Below are positions 17,840 to 28,280 of a stretch of 64,000 bases of DNA, piece after piece; position 1 is the stretch's first letter; every line of letters starts with the position of its first letter. The stretch covers positions 1,824,001 through 1,888,000 of the forward strand of contig CAWAIF010000003.1 of assembly GCA_963782055.1 (NCBI GenBank). Reading direction: 5' to 3'. This stretch comes from an uncultured delta proteobacterium (GTDB lineage: Bacteria > Myxococcota_A > Polyangia > Polyangiales > Polyangiaceae). The notes under the pieces are model-generated. The model searched no databases. It saw only the letters and a program-made list of their open reading frames with translations, and was not told the DNA's origin. Both the position numbers and the translations under genes were made by a program.

Positions 17840-19035
17840 CCTCGCAGAACCTCGATGCCGGGCAGCTTCTTCCCCTCGATCAGCTCGAGCGAGGCGCCGC
17901 CGCCGGTGGAGATGTGACCCATCTTCGCGGCGATGTCGCCGCCGGCGGCGTGGACGGCCGCCGCGCTGTCGCCCCCGCCCACCACGGTGAACGCCTTCGA
18001 CGCGGCGAGCGCCGCGGCCACGCCGAAGGTACCCTTCGCGAAGGGCGCCTTCTCGAAGAGGCCCATCGGGCCGTTCCAGAAGACGGTCTTGGCGGTGGCG
18101 AGGCGCTTCGCGAAGAGCTCGACGGTCCTCGGACCGATGTCCAGGATCATCTTGCCCTCGGGGACGGCGGAGACGTCGACAATCGCACCCTCGGTGGCGT
18201 CCAGGCCGTCCGCCACGACGGCGTCGACCGGCAGCAGCACCTCCACCTTCCGCTCGCGCGCCTTCTCCAGGAGCGTGCGGGCGAGGGCGAGCTTGTCGCC
18301 CTCCACCCTGGACTTCTTGACGTCCTTGCCGGTCGCCGCGAGGAAGGTGTTGGCCATCGCCCCGCCGATGACGAGCGCGTCGACCTGCGCGAGCAGCGCC
18401 TCCACGACCGCGATCTTGTCGGAGACCTTGGCGCCGCCCAGCACCGCCACGTAGGGCTTGTCCGGCCCGAGCACCAGCTTGCCGAGCGCGTCGATCTCCT
18501 TCTCCAGCAGGAAGCCGCAGCCGCAATCGCGGAAGAGCCGCGCGACGGCGTGCACGCTGGCGTGGGCGCGGTGCACCGCGCCGAAGGCGTCGTCAACGTA
18601 CACGTCGGCCAGGGACGCGAGCTCCTTCGCGAAGCCCTCGTCGTCCTTCTCCTCCTCCGCGTGGAAGCGCAGGTTCTCCAGCAGGCACACCTGACCGTCG
18701 CGCAGGTCGAAGACCACCTTCTTCGCCGCGTCGCCCACGCAGTCCTCCGGGACGTGGACCTCCGCGCCGAGCAGCTCGGCGAGGCGCTCGCCCGCGGGGA
18801 CGAGGGAGAGCGCGGGGTCCGGCCCCTTCTTCGGGCGCCCCAGGTGGCTGGCGAGGATCACCCGCGCCCCGCGCTCCATCGCGTGCTGGATCGTGGGCAG
18901 CGCCGCGCGGATGCGGGTGTCGTCGCTGACGTCGCCGTCGGCCATCGGCACGTTGAAATCCACGCGCAAGAACAGCCGCTTGTTCTCGATGGGGAGGTCG
19001 CGGACGGTCTTGATGCCTTCGAGCGGGTTGGCCAT
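17836..19035 (-). CDS. pgk: Phosphoglycerate kinase
   Basis: RVDFNVP, SHLGRP, LLENLRF, GGAKVSDK, WNGPMG, STGGGASLE. Confidence 0.97.
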   Translation of the reverse strand: MANPLEGIKTVRDLPIENKRLFLRVDFNVPMADGDVSDDTRIRAALPTIQHAMERGARVILASHLGRPKKGPDPALSLVPAGERLAELLGAEVHVPEDCVGDAAKKVVFDLRDGQVCLLENLRFHAEEEKDDEGFAKELASLADVYVDDAFGAVHRAHASVHAVARLFRDCGCGFLLEKEIDALGKLVLGPDKPYVAVLGGAKVSDKIAVVEALLAQVDALVIGGAMANTFLAATGKDVKKSRVEGDKLALARTLLEKARERKVEVLLPVDAVVADGLDATEGAIVDVSAVPEGKMILDIGPRTVELFAKRLATAKTVFWNGPMGLFEKAPFAKGTFGVAAALAASKAFTVVGGGDSAAAVHAAGGDIAAKMGHISTGGGASLELIEGKKLPGIEVLRG

Positions 19036-19048
19036 GGCGCGCCCCCGC

Positions 19049-20065
19049 TCACATCTTGGAGACGACCAGCTCGGCCAGGTCAATCATGCGGTTGGAGAAG
19101 CCCCACTCGTTGTCGTACCAGCTGAAGACCTTCACGAAGCGGTCTCCCATGACCTGGGTGAGCGTCGCGTCGAAGATGGAGGAGCGCGGATCGCCGATGT
19201 AGTCGCTGGAGACGAGCGGCTGCTCCTCGTAGCCGAGGATGCCCTTCATCGCGCCCTCGGAGGCGGCCTTCATCGCCGCGTTCAGCGCGTCCTTGGTGAC
19301 GGGCTTCTCGGTCTGGACGGCGAGATCGATGAGGCTGACGTCCATCGTCGGGACGCGGATGGCCTGGCCGTCGAACTTGCCCTTCAGCTCCGGGATGACC
19401 TCGGCGAGCGCCTTGGCGGCGCCGGTGGAGGTGGGGATCATGTTCTGCGCGGCCGCGCGGGCGCGCCGCAGATCGCCCTTGCGGTGCGGGGCGTCCAGGA
19501 CGTGCTGGTCGTTGGTGTAGGAGTGGATGGTCGTCATCAGGCCGTGGACCACGCCGAAGTTGTCCCGGAGGACCTTGGCCACCGGCGCGAGGCAGTTGGT
19601 GGTGCACGAGCCGTTGGAGACGATGTGGTGGTTGGCCGGATCGTAGCTGGCGTGGTTGACGCCCATGACCAGCGTGGCGTCCTGCCCCTTGGCGGGCGCG
19701 CTGATGATCACCTTCCTGGCGCCGGCGTCGAGATGCGCGCTGGCCTTCTCCCTGGTGGTGAAGAGGCCGGTGCACTCCAGCACCACGGCCGCGCCGACGT
19801 CCTTGAGGGGCAGCTTGGCGGGGTCCTTCTCGGCGGTCACCTTGATGTGCATGCCGCCGATCTCGATGCCGCCGTCCACGGCCCGCGCCTTCGGGTTCGC
19901 GCGCCCGTGCACCGTGTCGTAGTTGTAGAGGTGGGCGAGGGTCCGGGCGTCGGTGAGGTCGTTGACCAGCACGACCGGCAGGTCAGAGGCCTTGCGCGCA
20001 ACCATGGCGCGGACGAGGCACCGGCCGATGCGGCCGAAGCCGTTGATGGCGATCTTGGTGGACAT
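19049..20065 (-). CDS. gap: Type I glyceraldehyde-3-phosphate dehydrogenase
   Basis: INGFGRIGR, SNGSCTTNCL, WYDNEWG. Confidence 0.98.
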   Translation of the reverse strand: MSTKIAINGFGRIGRCLVRAMVARKASDLPVVLVNDLTDARTLAHLYNYDTVHGRANPKARAVDGGIEIGGMHIKVTAEKDPAKLPLKDVGAAVVLECTGLFTTREKASAHLDAGARKVIISAPAKGQDATLVMGVNHASYDPANHHIVSNGSCTTNCLAPVAKVLRDNFGVVHGLMTTIHSYTNDQHVLDAPHRKGDLRRARAAAQNMIPTSTGAAKALAEVIPELKGKFDGQAIRVPTMDVSLIDLAVQTEKPVTKDALNAAMKAASEGAMKGILGYEEQPLVSSDYIGDPRSSIFDATLTQVMGDRFVKVFSWYDNEWGFSNRMIDLAELVVSKM

Positions 20066-20269
20066 CAGGGGCAGCTCCTTCCGAAGGGGTCGCGGAGCCT
20101 AGTCCGCTGCCCGGTGTCAGGCAACCCCGGGGGGACAGGCAGACGCTCCTGCACCCCGCAGGGGGGTGCAACGCGTGCGCCGCGCGCAGGGGATTCGCAC
20201 GGGAGCGAGCGGCTTCTGCCGGCGATCCTGCGCGAACCGCGTGGGCACGAAGGTGGCTAGCGCAAGGGT

Positions 20270-21544
20270 ATGGCCAGCCCCTACGAGGTCGCGCGGCTCG
20301 GCGGCCCGACCTTCGCGACCCCCCTGCCGACCCCCGCTCCCGGCTTCGTGGAGGACGGCGTCCGCGTCGTCCTCGACCCCGTCCTGGCCGTGCAGCACGC
20401 CGACGTGGCCTCCTTCGAGAAGGCTGGCCCCCGCGCCCGCCTGGCGTTCGAGGCGAGCGATGCCCGGGTCGGCATCGTCACCTGCGGGGGCCTCTGCCCG
20501 GGCATCAACAACGCGGTGCGGGCGCTCTTCATGGAGCTGCACCACGGCTACGGTGTGCCGGAGGTGTTCGGCTTCCGCTTCGGGCTGGAGGGGCTCGTGC
20601 GCGGCGAGCCCTCGCGGCTGACCCCGGCGCTCCTGCGGCCGGCGCACCGGATGGGCGGCAGCATCCTGGGGACCTCGCGCGGGCGGCAGCAGGTGAGCGC
20701 GATGGTGGACACGCTCGTGCGGCTGGGGTTGAACGTGCTCTTCCTCGTCGGCGGCAACGGGACGCTTCGTGCGGCCGACGCCTTGCACCAGGAGATCACC
20801 CGCCGCGGTTTGCGCATCGGCGTGGTGGTCCTGCCCAAGACCATCGACGACGACGTGCCGCTTCTGGACAAGACCTTCGGCTTCGCGACGGCCGTGGAGC
20901 ACGCGCGCGCCGCCATCGACGCGGCCCACGTGGAGGCGACGGGGGCGCGCCACGGCATCGGGATCGTGAAGCTGATGGGGCGGGACGCGGGGTTCATCGC
21001 GGCCACCGCGACGCTCGCCAGCGCGGAGGTAAACTTCTGCATGCTGCCGGAGTACCCCTTCGCGCTGGGAGGAGATCAGGGACTGCTGGCGGCCCTGGAG
21101 GAGCGCGTCGTGCGGCGAGGCCACGCCGTCGTGGTCGTCGCGGAGGGCTGCGGGGCCGCGCTGGTCGGCCCCGGCGCGCCGCGCGACCCCTCGGGGAATC
21201 TGCGCTACGCGGCGCCGGAGCTGGACATCGGGACGCACCTGCGCGACGCGGTGAAGGCGCACTTCGCGGCCTCCGGCGTGCCGGCGACGGTCAAGTACAT
21301 CGACCCGAGCTACACCATCCGCGCCGCCCCGGCGAACGCCGCCGACGCGGTCTACTGCGCGCACCTCGGTCGCCACGCCGCGCACGCGGGGATGGCGGGT
21401 CGGACCGGGGTGCTGGTCGGGCGCGTGCACGGCCTCTTCGTGCACGTGCCCGTGCCAATGGCGATGCGCGACACCCGGCACGTGGAGGCCGATCTCTGGC
21501 AGGCGGTGCGGGAGGTCACCGGCCAGCCGGCCCTGGGCGCCTGA
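20270..21544 (+). CDS. pfkA: 6-phosphofructokinase (PfkA superfamily, probably ATP-dependent)
   Basis: TCGGLCPGIN, GGSILGTSRG, PKTIDDD, TFGFATAV, MGRDAGFIA, KYIDPSYTIR. Confidence 0.93.
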   Translation: MASPYEVARLGGPTFATPLPTPAPGFVEDGVRVVLDPVLAVQHADVASFEKAGPRARLAFEASDARVGIVTCGGLCPGINNAVRALFMELHHGYGVPEVFGFRFGLEGLVRGEPSRLTPALLRPAHRMGGSILGTSRGRQQVSAMVDTLVRLGLNVLFLVGGNGTLRAADALHQEITRRGLRIGVVVLPKTIDDDVPLLDKTFGFATAVEHARAAIDAAHVEATGARHGIGIVKLMGRDAGFIAATATLASAEVNFCMLPEYPFALGGDQGLLAALEERVVRRGHAVVVVAEGCGAALVGPGAPRDPSGNLRYAAPELDIGTHLRDAVKAHFAASGVPATVKYIDPSYTIRAAPANAADAVYCAHLGRHAAHAGMAGRTGVLVGRVHGLFVHVPVPMAMRDTRHVEADLWQAVREVTGQPALGA

Positions 21545-21557
21545 GCCGGGTGGCGCG

Positions 21558-21971
21558 TCAGGGTCGGGCGGGCGCCCCGGCCTGGACGGCGTAGCTCTCG
21601 ATCCGGGCGGGATGCTCCGGGACGCCGCCGGTGAGGCCGCGCAGGACGTCCAGCGTGGAGAGCATGCCCAGCGCGACGCCGTGGGCGTCCACGACGACGA
21701 GGTGGTGGAGGTCGCCCGCCACGAGAAGCTGCGCCGCCTCCTCGAGGCTGGCGCTCGCGCTCACCGTCTGCAGGATGCTGGACATGTGGACGGGGCCGCT
21801 GCGGTCCGCCAGCTCGCGCAGGGTGATGAGGCCGACCGGCTTGTGGTCGTCATCGAGCACCGGGACCGCGCTCAGGCGGAGCTCCATCATGGGGCCGAGG
21901 GCGATCTCCAGGCGATCGCCGTCGCGCACGTAGACGAGGCGGGGGTTCATGAAGTCCGCGGCTGTCGCCAT
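21558..21971 (-). CDS. CBS domain pair protein
   Basis: AADFM...SAVPVLDDDHKPVGLITLREL...HHLVVVDAHGVALGMLSTLDVL. Confidence 0.85.
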   Translation of the reverse strand: MATAADFMNPRLVYVRDGDRLEIALGPMMELRLSAVPVLDDDHKPVGLITLRELADRSGPVHMSSILQTVSASASLEEAAQLLVAGDLHHLVVVDAHGVALGMLSTLDVLRGLTGGVPEHPARIESYAVQAGAPARP

Positions 21972-22008
21972 GCTCGCGCAAGCTGCAAGAAGAAGACCGC
22001 AAGAGATT

Positions 22009-22033
22009 CGCTGAGGATCCGCTGAGGATCCGC
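22009..22033. repeat. 11-bp tandem direct repeat (CGCTGAGGATC x2), candidate operator
   Basis: Exact copies at 22009-22019 and 22020-22030, ~40 nt upstream of the CBS gene. Confidence 0.6.
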
Positions 22034-22163
22034 GTCGCCCCGCCCGCGGAGGCTGCACGCCTTGCGGTGCGCCGCAACCTGCGCATCAGGCCCACAAAAG
22101 CCGAACCGCGCGCATGCCCTGGAGCATAGCGCGCGGCCGGCGGCGCAGCGACGTCTGGAGGCG

Positions 22164-24104
<1,941 letters not shown>

Positions 24105-24336
24105 GTGTTTACCTCGAAAACGGGCGCGGTCCTTCTAGACGTACCATCGATCCCCCGTGGCTTCCACTCGGCCAGGGACAGGTCGTCCCTCACGCGCTCC
24201 GGCCGGCTCCGGGCTGCGGCGGGGCATGCCTCTGGCCGCCCTCCCAACGTCCGCCACGGCCGGCCCATGCGCTCTTCTTGACCTTTCTTCACGGTTCGGC
24301 CGGCGGGGGTGCCGGACCAGGGGCTCTCCACGTGCC

Positions 24337-25185
24337 TCACGGCCGCCGAAGACGCTTGGATCCAACCTGCGTCGTCTGGGCGGTCGCGACAAGGCCCCCC
24401 GGAAGAAGCACGCGACCGCGCGGCGAGCTCGAGGCGGCGAGGCGCGCCAGCGCGTCCAGGGTGGCTCGTGGCAGCGGGTATGCGGGCGCGTCCGGGTCGC
24501 GCGCCTCCCCGAGCTGATCGGCCAGGGCGCAGAGGTGAAGCACGACGGTGGGGCTGAGCGACTCCAGCAGCGGGAGCACCTCCTTGCGCACGCGCACCCG
24601 CAGGAAGCGGGCGTCCTCGTTGGAGGGGTCCTGCGCGAAGGGGACGCGGTGTCGAGCCAGGTGGGCCAGCACGTCGAGCTTCCGCGCCCGGATGAGCGGC
24701 CGGACCAGCGGTCCGGCGCGCGGCGGGAGCACGGCGAGGCCGCGGGGGCCGGCGCCTCGCAGCAGGCGCAAGAGGACGGTCTCCGCGCGATCGTCGGCGT
24801 GGTGGGCCAGGGCGATGAAGCTCGCGCGGTGCTTCGCGGCGGCCTCCCGGAGGGCCGCGTGGCGCGCCTCCCGCGCTCGGGCCTGAAGGTTGCCCCCTGG
24901 CGCGACGCGCAGCGCCGTGCGGGCGAAGGGCACCTGCAGGGTCGCCGCGAAGTCGCGGGCCAGGTCCAGCTCGGCCGACGCGCCGGCGCGTAGCCCGTGG
25001 TCCACGCCGTGGGCGAGCACCTCCAGCCCGGCAGGCCGCCGCAGGGCCGCGAGCACGTCGAGCAGCGCCATGGAGTCCGGACCGCCGCTCACCCCGCACA
25101 GGATGCTCGCGCCTCGCCCGACGCCCGCCTCGCGAAGCGCCCGGCGCGCCAGGGTGATCAGCGTGGGCGGGTGCGACGAGGTCAC
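24337..25185 (-). CDS. tilS: tRNA(Ile)-lysidine synthetase (short form)
   Basis: SGGPDSMAL, VDHGLR, AHHADDRAETVLLRLLRG, DPSN; lies upstream of ftsH. Confidence 0.93.
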   Translation of the reverse strand: MTSSHPPTLITLARRALREAGVGRGASILCGVSGGPDSMALLDVLAALRRPAGLEVLAHGVDHGLRAGASAELDLARDFAATLQVPFARTALRVAPGGNLQARAREARHAALREAAAKHRASFIALAHHADDRAETVLLRLLRGAGPRGLAVLPPRAGPLVRPLIRARKLDVLAHLARHRVPFAQDPSNEDARFLRVRVRKEVLPLLESLSPTVVLHLCALADQLGEARDPDAPAYPLPRATLDALARLAASSSPRGRVLLPGGLVATAQTTQVGSKRLRRP

Positions 25186-25370
25186 TGCAGCTCGAACTCC
25201 TTGCAGAAGACGATCTCGGGGGCGGCGAGCGGCAGGCGGTGCTCGCCGGTGGGGTAGCCGTGGCTGCACGCGGCGCGCTCGGCGTCGAAGTGCGCGCAGT
25301 CGTCGCAGCGAAAGCGCAGGTCGAAGCGCTCTGCCTCCCGGCGCAGCGTGGCGTCCACCCGCGTCCTCAC
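25182..25370 (-). CDS. Small Cys/His-rich hypothetical protein (62 aa)
   Basis: VRTRVDATLRREAERFDLRFRCDDCAHFD...CSHGYP...FCKEFELQ; GTGA-coupled to genes on both sides. Confidence 0.7.
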   Translation of the reverse strand: MRTRVDATLRREAERFDLRFRCDDCAHFDAERAACSHGYPTGEHRLPLAAPEIVFCKEFELQ

Positions 25371-26665
25371 GACGCCCCGCGCTCCAGCACCACCACCGAC
25401 TCCAGGTGGCTCGTGTAGGGGAACATCTCGAACGCCTCGACGGCGCGGACGCGGTAGGCGCCGGCCAGGATGTCGAGGTCCCGCGCGAGGGTCGCCAGGT
25501 CGCACGAGACGTAGACGACGTGCCGCACGTGGCTCGCGACGAGCGCCTCGGCCGCCTGGCGCGCCCCCGTCCGCGGCGGATCGAGCACGACGAGCTGGGC
25601 TCTCGGGATGGGGAAGGCGCCGGCGTCGGCGCAGGTGACGCGGGCCTCCAGCCCCCGGGCGCGGAGGTTGCGCCGCGCCGCCTCGCACGCCGCCTCGTCC
25701 GACTCCACCGCCACGAGCTGCGCGGCGCCGCGCGCCAGCAGCACCGTGAGGTTGCCGGCGCCGGCGTACAGCTCCACCGTCCGCGCGCCCTGCGGCGCCA
25801 GGGCGGCGACGCGTCCGGCGAGCACGCGGTTCATCGCCTCCTGCGCCTGCGAGAAGCCTCCGGGGGCGAGCTCCAGCGGCGCGCCGTCGGCCCCGGCGAT
25901 CCACGGGGTGGGGTCGCCGATGACCGCCGGGCGGGTGGTCTCGCCGCACCACACCCGCACGCCCTGCAGCGCGCCGCCCTTCACCGCCTCCTCGAACCGC
26001 GCGAAGCACGCGGCGGGGAGCTCGCGCGACCAGCGGAGGTCCATCACCGGCTGCCGGGCCTCGTCACGAAGCGCCCCGAGGGCGATCGACGCCTCGCCGT
26101 CCCCCACGGCGCCTTCCAGGACCGCGGCGAGCTGCAGCCGCGCGGCGTCCAGCGCGGGGGCGAGCACCACGCACACGGGGACGTGCACCGGCTCGTGCGT
26201 GCGCGCGGCGAAGATGCCCACCTTCGCCCGACCGCCGCTGGCGCGGGCGTGGAGGCGGGCGCGGGTGCGGTACCCGAGGTCCTGCGGCGCGAGGTGGTAG
26301 GCGACGGGCACGTCGCGCCCGGCGGCCGGGAGGGCGGCGCGCAGGTGCAACAGGTGCAGGCGCTGCTGCGCCTCGCGCGCGATCGGCATCCAGTCGCAGC
26401 CACCGCACGCCTCGGCGTAGGCGCACGGCGACGGCACGCGGTCGGGCCCGGGCTCCTCGATGGTCTCGATGACCCCCCGCGCCGGTCGCCGCGCCATGTC
26501 CACCCGCACGCGCAGCCGGTCACCGGGCGCGGCCTGGCGCACCAGCACCGCGCGCCGCTCGCCCTCACGCGTGACGTGCGCCACGCCCTCGCCGCTCGGC
26601 GCGACGCCGGTGATCTCGACCGAGACCCGCTCCGCCGCGTCCTTGTCGTGCCTGGGCTTCGTCAC
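25367..26665 (-). CDS. rlmD: TRAM-domain 23S rRNA (uracil-C5)-methyltransferase, RlmD/RumA family
   Basis: CAYAEACGGCDW Fe-S motif, FSQAQ, ELYAGAGN, LDPPRTG, YVSCD, EMFPYTSHLE. Confidence 0.85.
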   Translation of the reverse strand: MTKPRHDKDAAERVSVEITGVAPSGEGVAHVTREGERRAVLVRQAAPGDRLRVRVDMARRPARGVIETIEEPGPDRVPSPCAYAEACGGCDWMPIAREAQQRLHLLHLRAALPAAGRDVPVAYHLAPQDLGYRTRARLHARASGGRAKVGIFAARTHEPVHVPVCVVLAPALDAARLQLAAVLEGAVGDGEASIALGALRDEARQPVMDLRWSRELPAACFARFEEAVKGGALQGVRVWCGETTRPAVIGDPTPWIAGADGAPLELAPGGFSQAQEAMNRVLAGRVAALAPQGARTVELYAGAGNLTVLLARGAAQLVAVESDEAACEAARRNLRARGLEARVTCADAGAFPIPRAQLVVLDPPRTGARQAAEALVASHVRHVVYVSCDLATLARDLDILAGAYRVRAVEAFEMFPYTSHLESVVVLERGAS

Positions 26666-26678
26666 GGTCCTCGCCCTC

Positions 26679-28280
26679 TCACTTGCTGCACGCGTACAGC
26701 GCGTAGCCGCCCGCCGGGTCGCTCGGGAGCAGGCCCGACTTGCGGCTCGTCCACGCCACGAGCACCTTGGAGTCGGTCGCGAGCACCGCGACCGGCCCAT
26801 CGTGGAAGGTCCGGGGAACGCGCGGGTCGTCCGCGGCGCGCACGTCGCGCAGCTCGGTCGGGCTGGAGCCGCCGACACCATCGACGACGCTGATCTGCAG
26901 CGTGTCCTTCTGCTCGATCACGGCGAACGCGCGGTCCTGCGCGACCGCCAGGTCCAGCGCCTCCACGCCGGTGATGTCGGCCGCCACCAGCCCCAGCTCG
27001 TACGAGGCCCCGGACTGCCCGACGTCGTACGCGCGCAGCGCCTCGTCCTGGCCCTGGCCGGTGCCGTTGGTCAGCAGCAGCGCGCGCCCCCCGAGCGCCG
27101 CCAGCGCGGCCAGCGTGCCCTCCGGCTGATCCACGGGTGCGCCGAGGTCCTGCGGATCGGGTGACTGCGGCAGGACGAAGACGCGCGCGCCGTCGCCGCC
27201 GCCGGCGTCGGCGTCGATCTTCCCCAGCGTGGCCACGGCCAGCGAGGTGGCGCCCCGGGCGATCTGCACGCCTTTGTCCTGCGGCGCACCGAACGCGCTG
27301 GTCACCTGCGTCGTCACGCTGGTGCCGTCGGTGAGCGCCATCGTGGACGCGCCGTTCTGGCGGTACACCACCAGGTACTTGCCGCCCGCCGCCGCGGGCG
27401 CCACCGGGTGCGGGGAGACGCCGATCTCCGGCGGGGAGTTGTACAGGTAGGTGTGGCGATCGAGCACGTTGCCGTCGCCGTCGAGCGAGTACAGCTCCAG
27501 GCCGCTCCGGTTCTGGCAGGGCGGTCGCGCGAAGACGAGCAGCCCACCGGAGGAGTCCAGCGTCACCCCCACCGCGTCGAGGGTCGTCTCGCTCGGGCAG
27601 TGGCCGTCGACGTCCTGCTGCGTCGCGCCCAGGATGCCGCCCGCGTCGTCGAGCGACTCGATCGTCAGGCGCATGGAGCCGTCGCCGGGCTGGTACTCGG
27701 TGTACGCGACGAGGAAGCCCGCGGTGGTCACGGCCAGCGCGGGCGCCGAGACGAGCGGTCCGTCATCCATCGGGTCGGCGAGCGGGCCGGCGGCGAGCAG
27801 TCGCATGGAGCAGGCGGCGCCCACGGCCGGGTCCGGCGGCGGCGGCGGGACGCAGCGACCGAGGTAGCAGACCGCGCCGGAGGCGCACGCCGAAGCGTCG
27901 GGACCGTCGACGAGGGAGAGCGGGACGGCGACCGAGCCGCCGCGCGTCACGTCCTTCGGGACGCAGCCCGCCGCCACCACGCCGCAGTCGTCGCGCCGGA
28001 CGACGGCGGCGAAGCCGTAGCTCCCGCTCGGGAGGAGCCCCAGCCCCGCGGGCCCGTCATCCGCCTTGTAGGAGACCCGCGCCGTCGCGCCGGCCTGCGG
28101 GAGGCCGCCGGAGAGCTGCGAGGGTGGGGGGCACGCCCCCTTCGGAAAGGCGGCGATCTCGATCCACGCAGCCTGGTCCAGCGCGTCCTGCGGCACGTCG
28201 AGGGTCACCGAGACGCCGGGCGGATCGCACGAGCTGACGAAGAGGAGAGCGGCGAGCGCCGTGGCGCTCCGCAGGATCAT
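26679..28280 (-). CDS. Hypothetical lipoprotein
   Basis: MILRSATALAALLFVSSC lipobox; ATG 28280 overlaps the kinase stop. Confidence 0.75.
   Translation of the reverse strand: MILRSATALAALLFVSSCDPPGVSVTLDVPQDALDQAAWIEIAAFPKGACPPPSQLSGGLPQAGATARVSYKADDGPAGLGLLPSGSYGFAAVVRRDDCGVVAAGCVPKDVTRGGSVAVPLSLVDGPDASACASGAVCYLGRCVPPPPPDPAVGAACSMRLLAAGPLADPMDDGPLVSAPALAVTTAGFLVAYTEYQPGDGSMRLTIESLDDAGGILGATQQDVDGHCPSETTLDAVGVTLDSSGGLLVFARPPCQNRSGLELYSLDGDGNVLDRHTYLYNSPPEIGVSPHPVAPAAAGGKYLVVYRQNGASTMALTDGTSVTTQVTSAFGAPQDKGVQIARGATSLAVATLGKIDADAGGGDGARVFVLPQSPDPQDLGAPVDQPEGTLAALAALGGRALLLTNGTGQGQDEALRAYDVGQSGASYELGLVAADITGVEALDLAVAQDRAFAVIEQKDTLQISVVDGVGGSSPTELRDVRAADDPRVPRTFHDGPVAVLATDSKVLVAWTSRKSGLLPSDPAGGYALYACSK

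Noticed and set aside
20270..21544. GGNGT instead of GGDGT in Pfk as a sign of inactivation
   Set aside because: All other motifs are intact and this position varies among Pfk subfamilies; not enough evidence.
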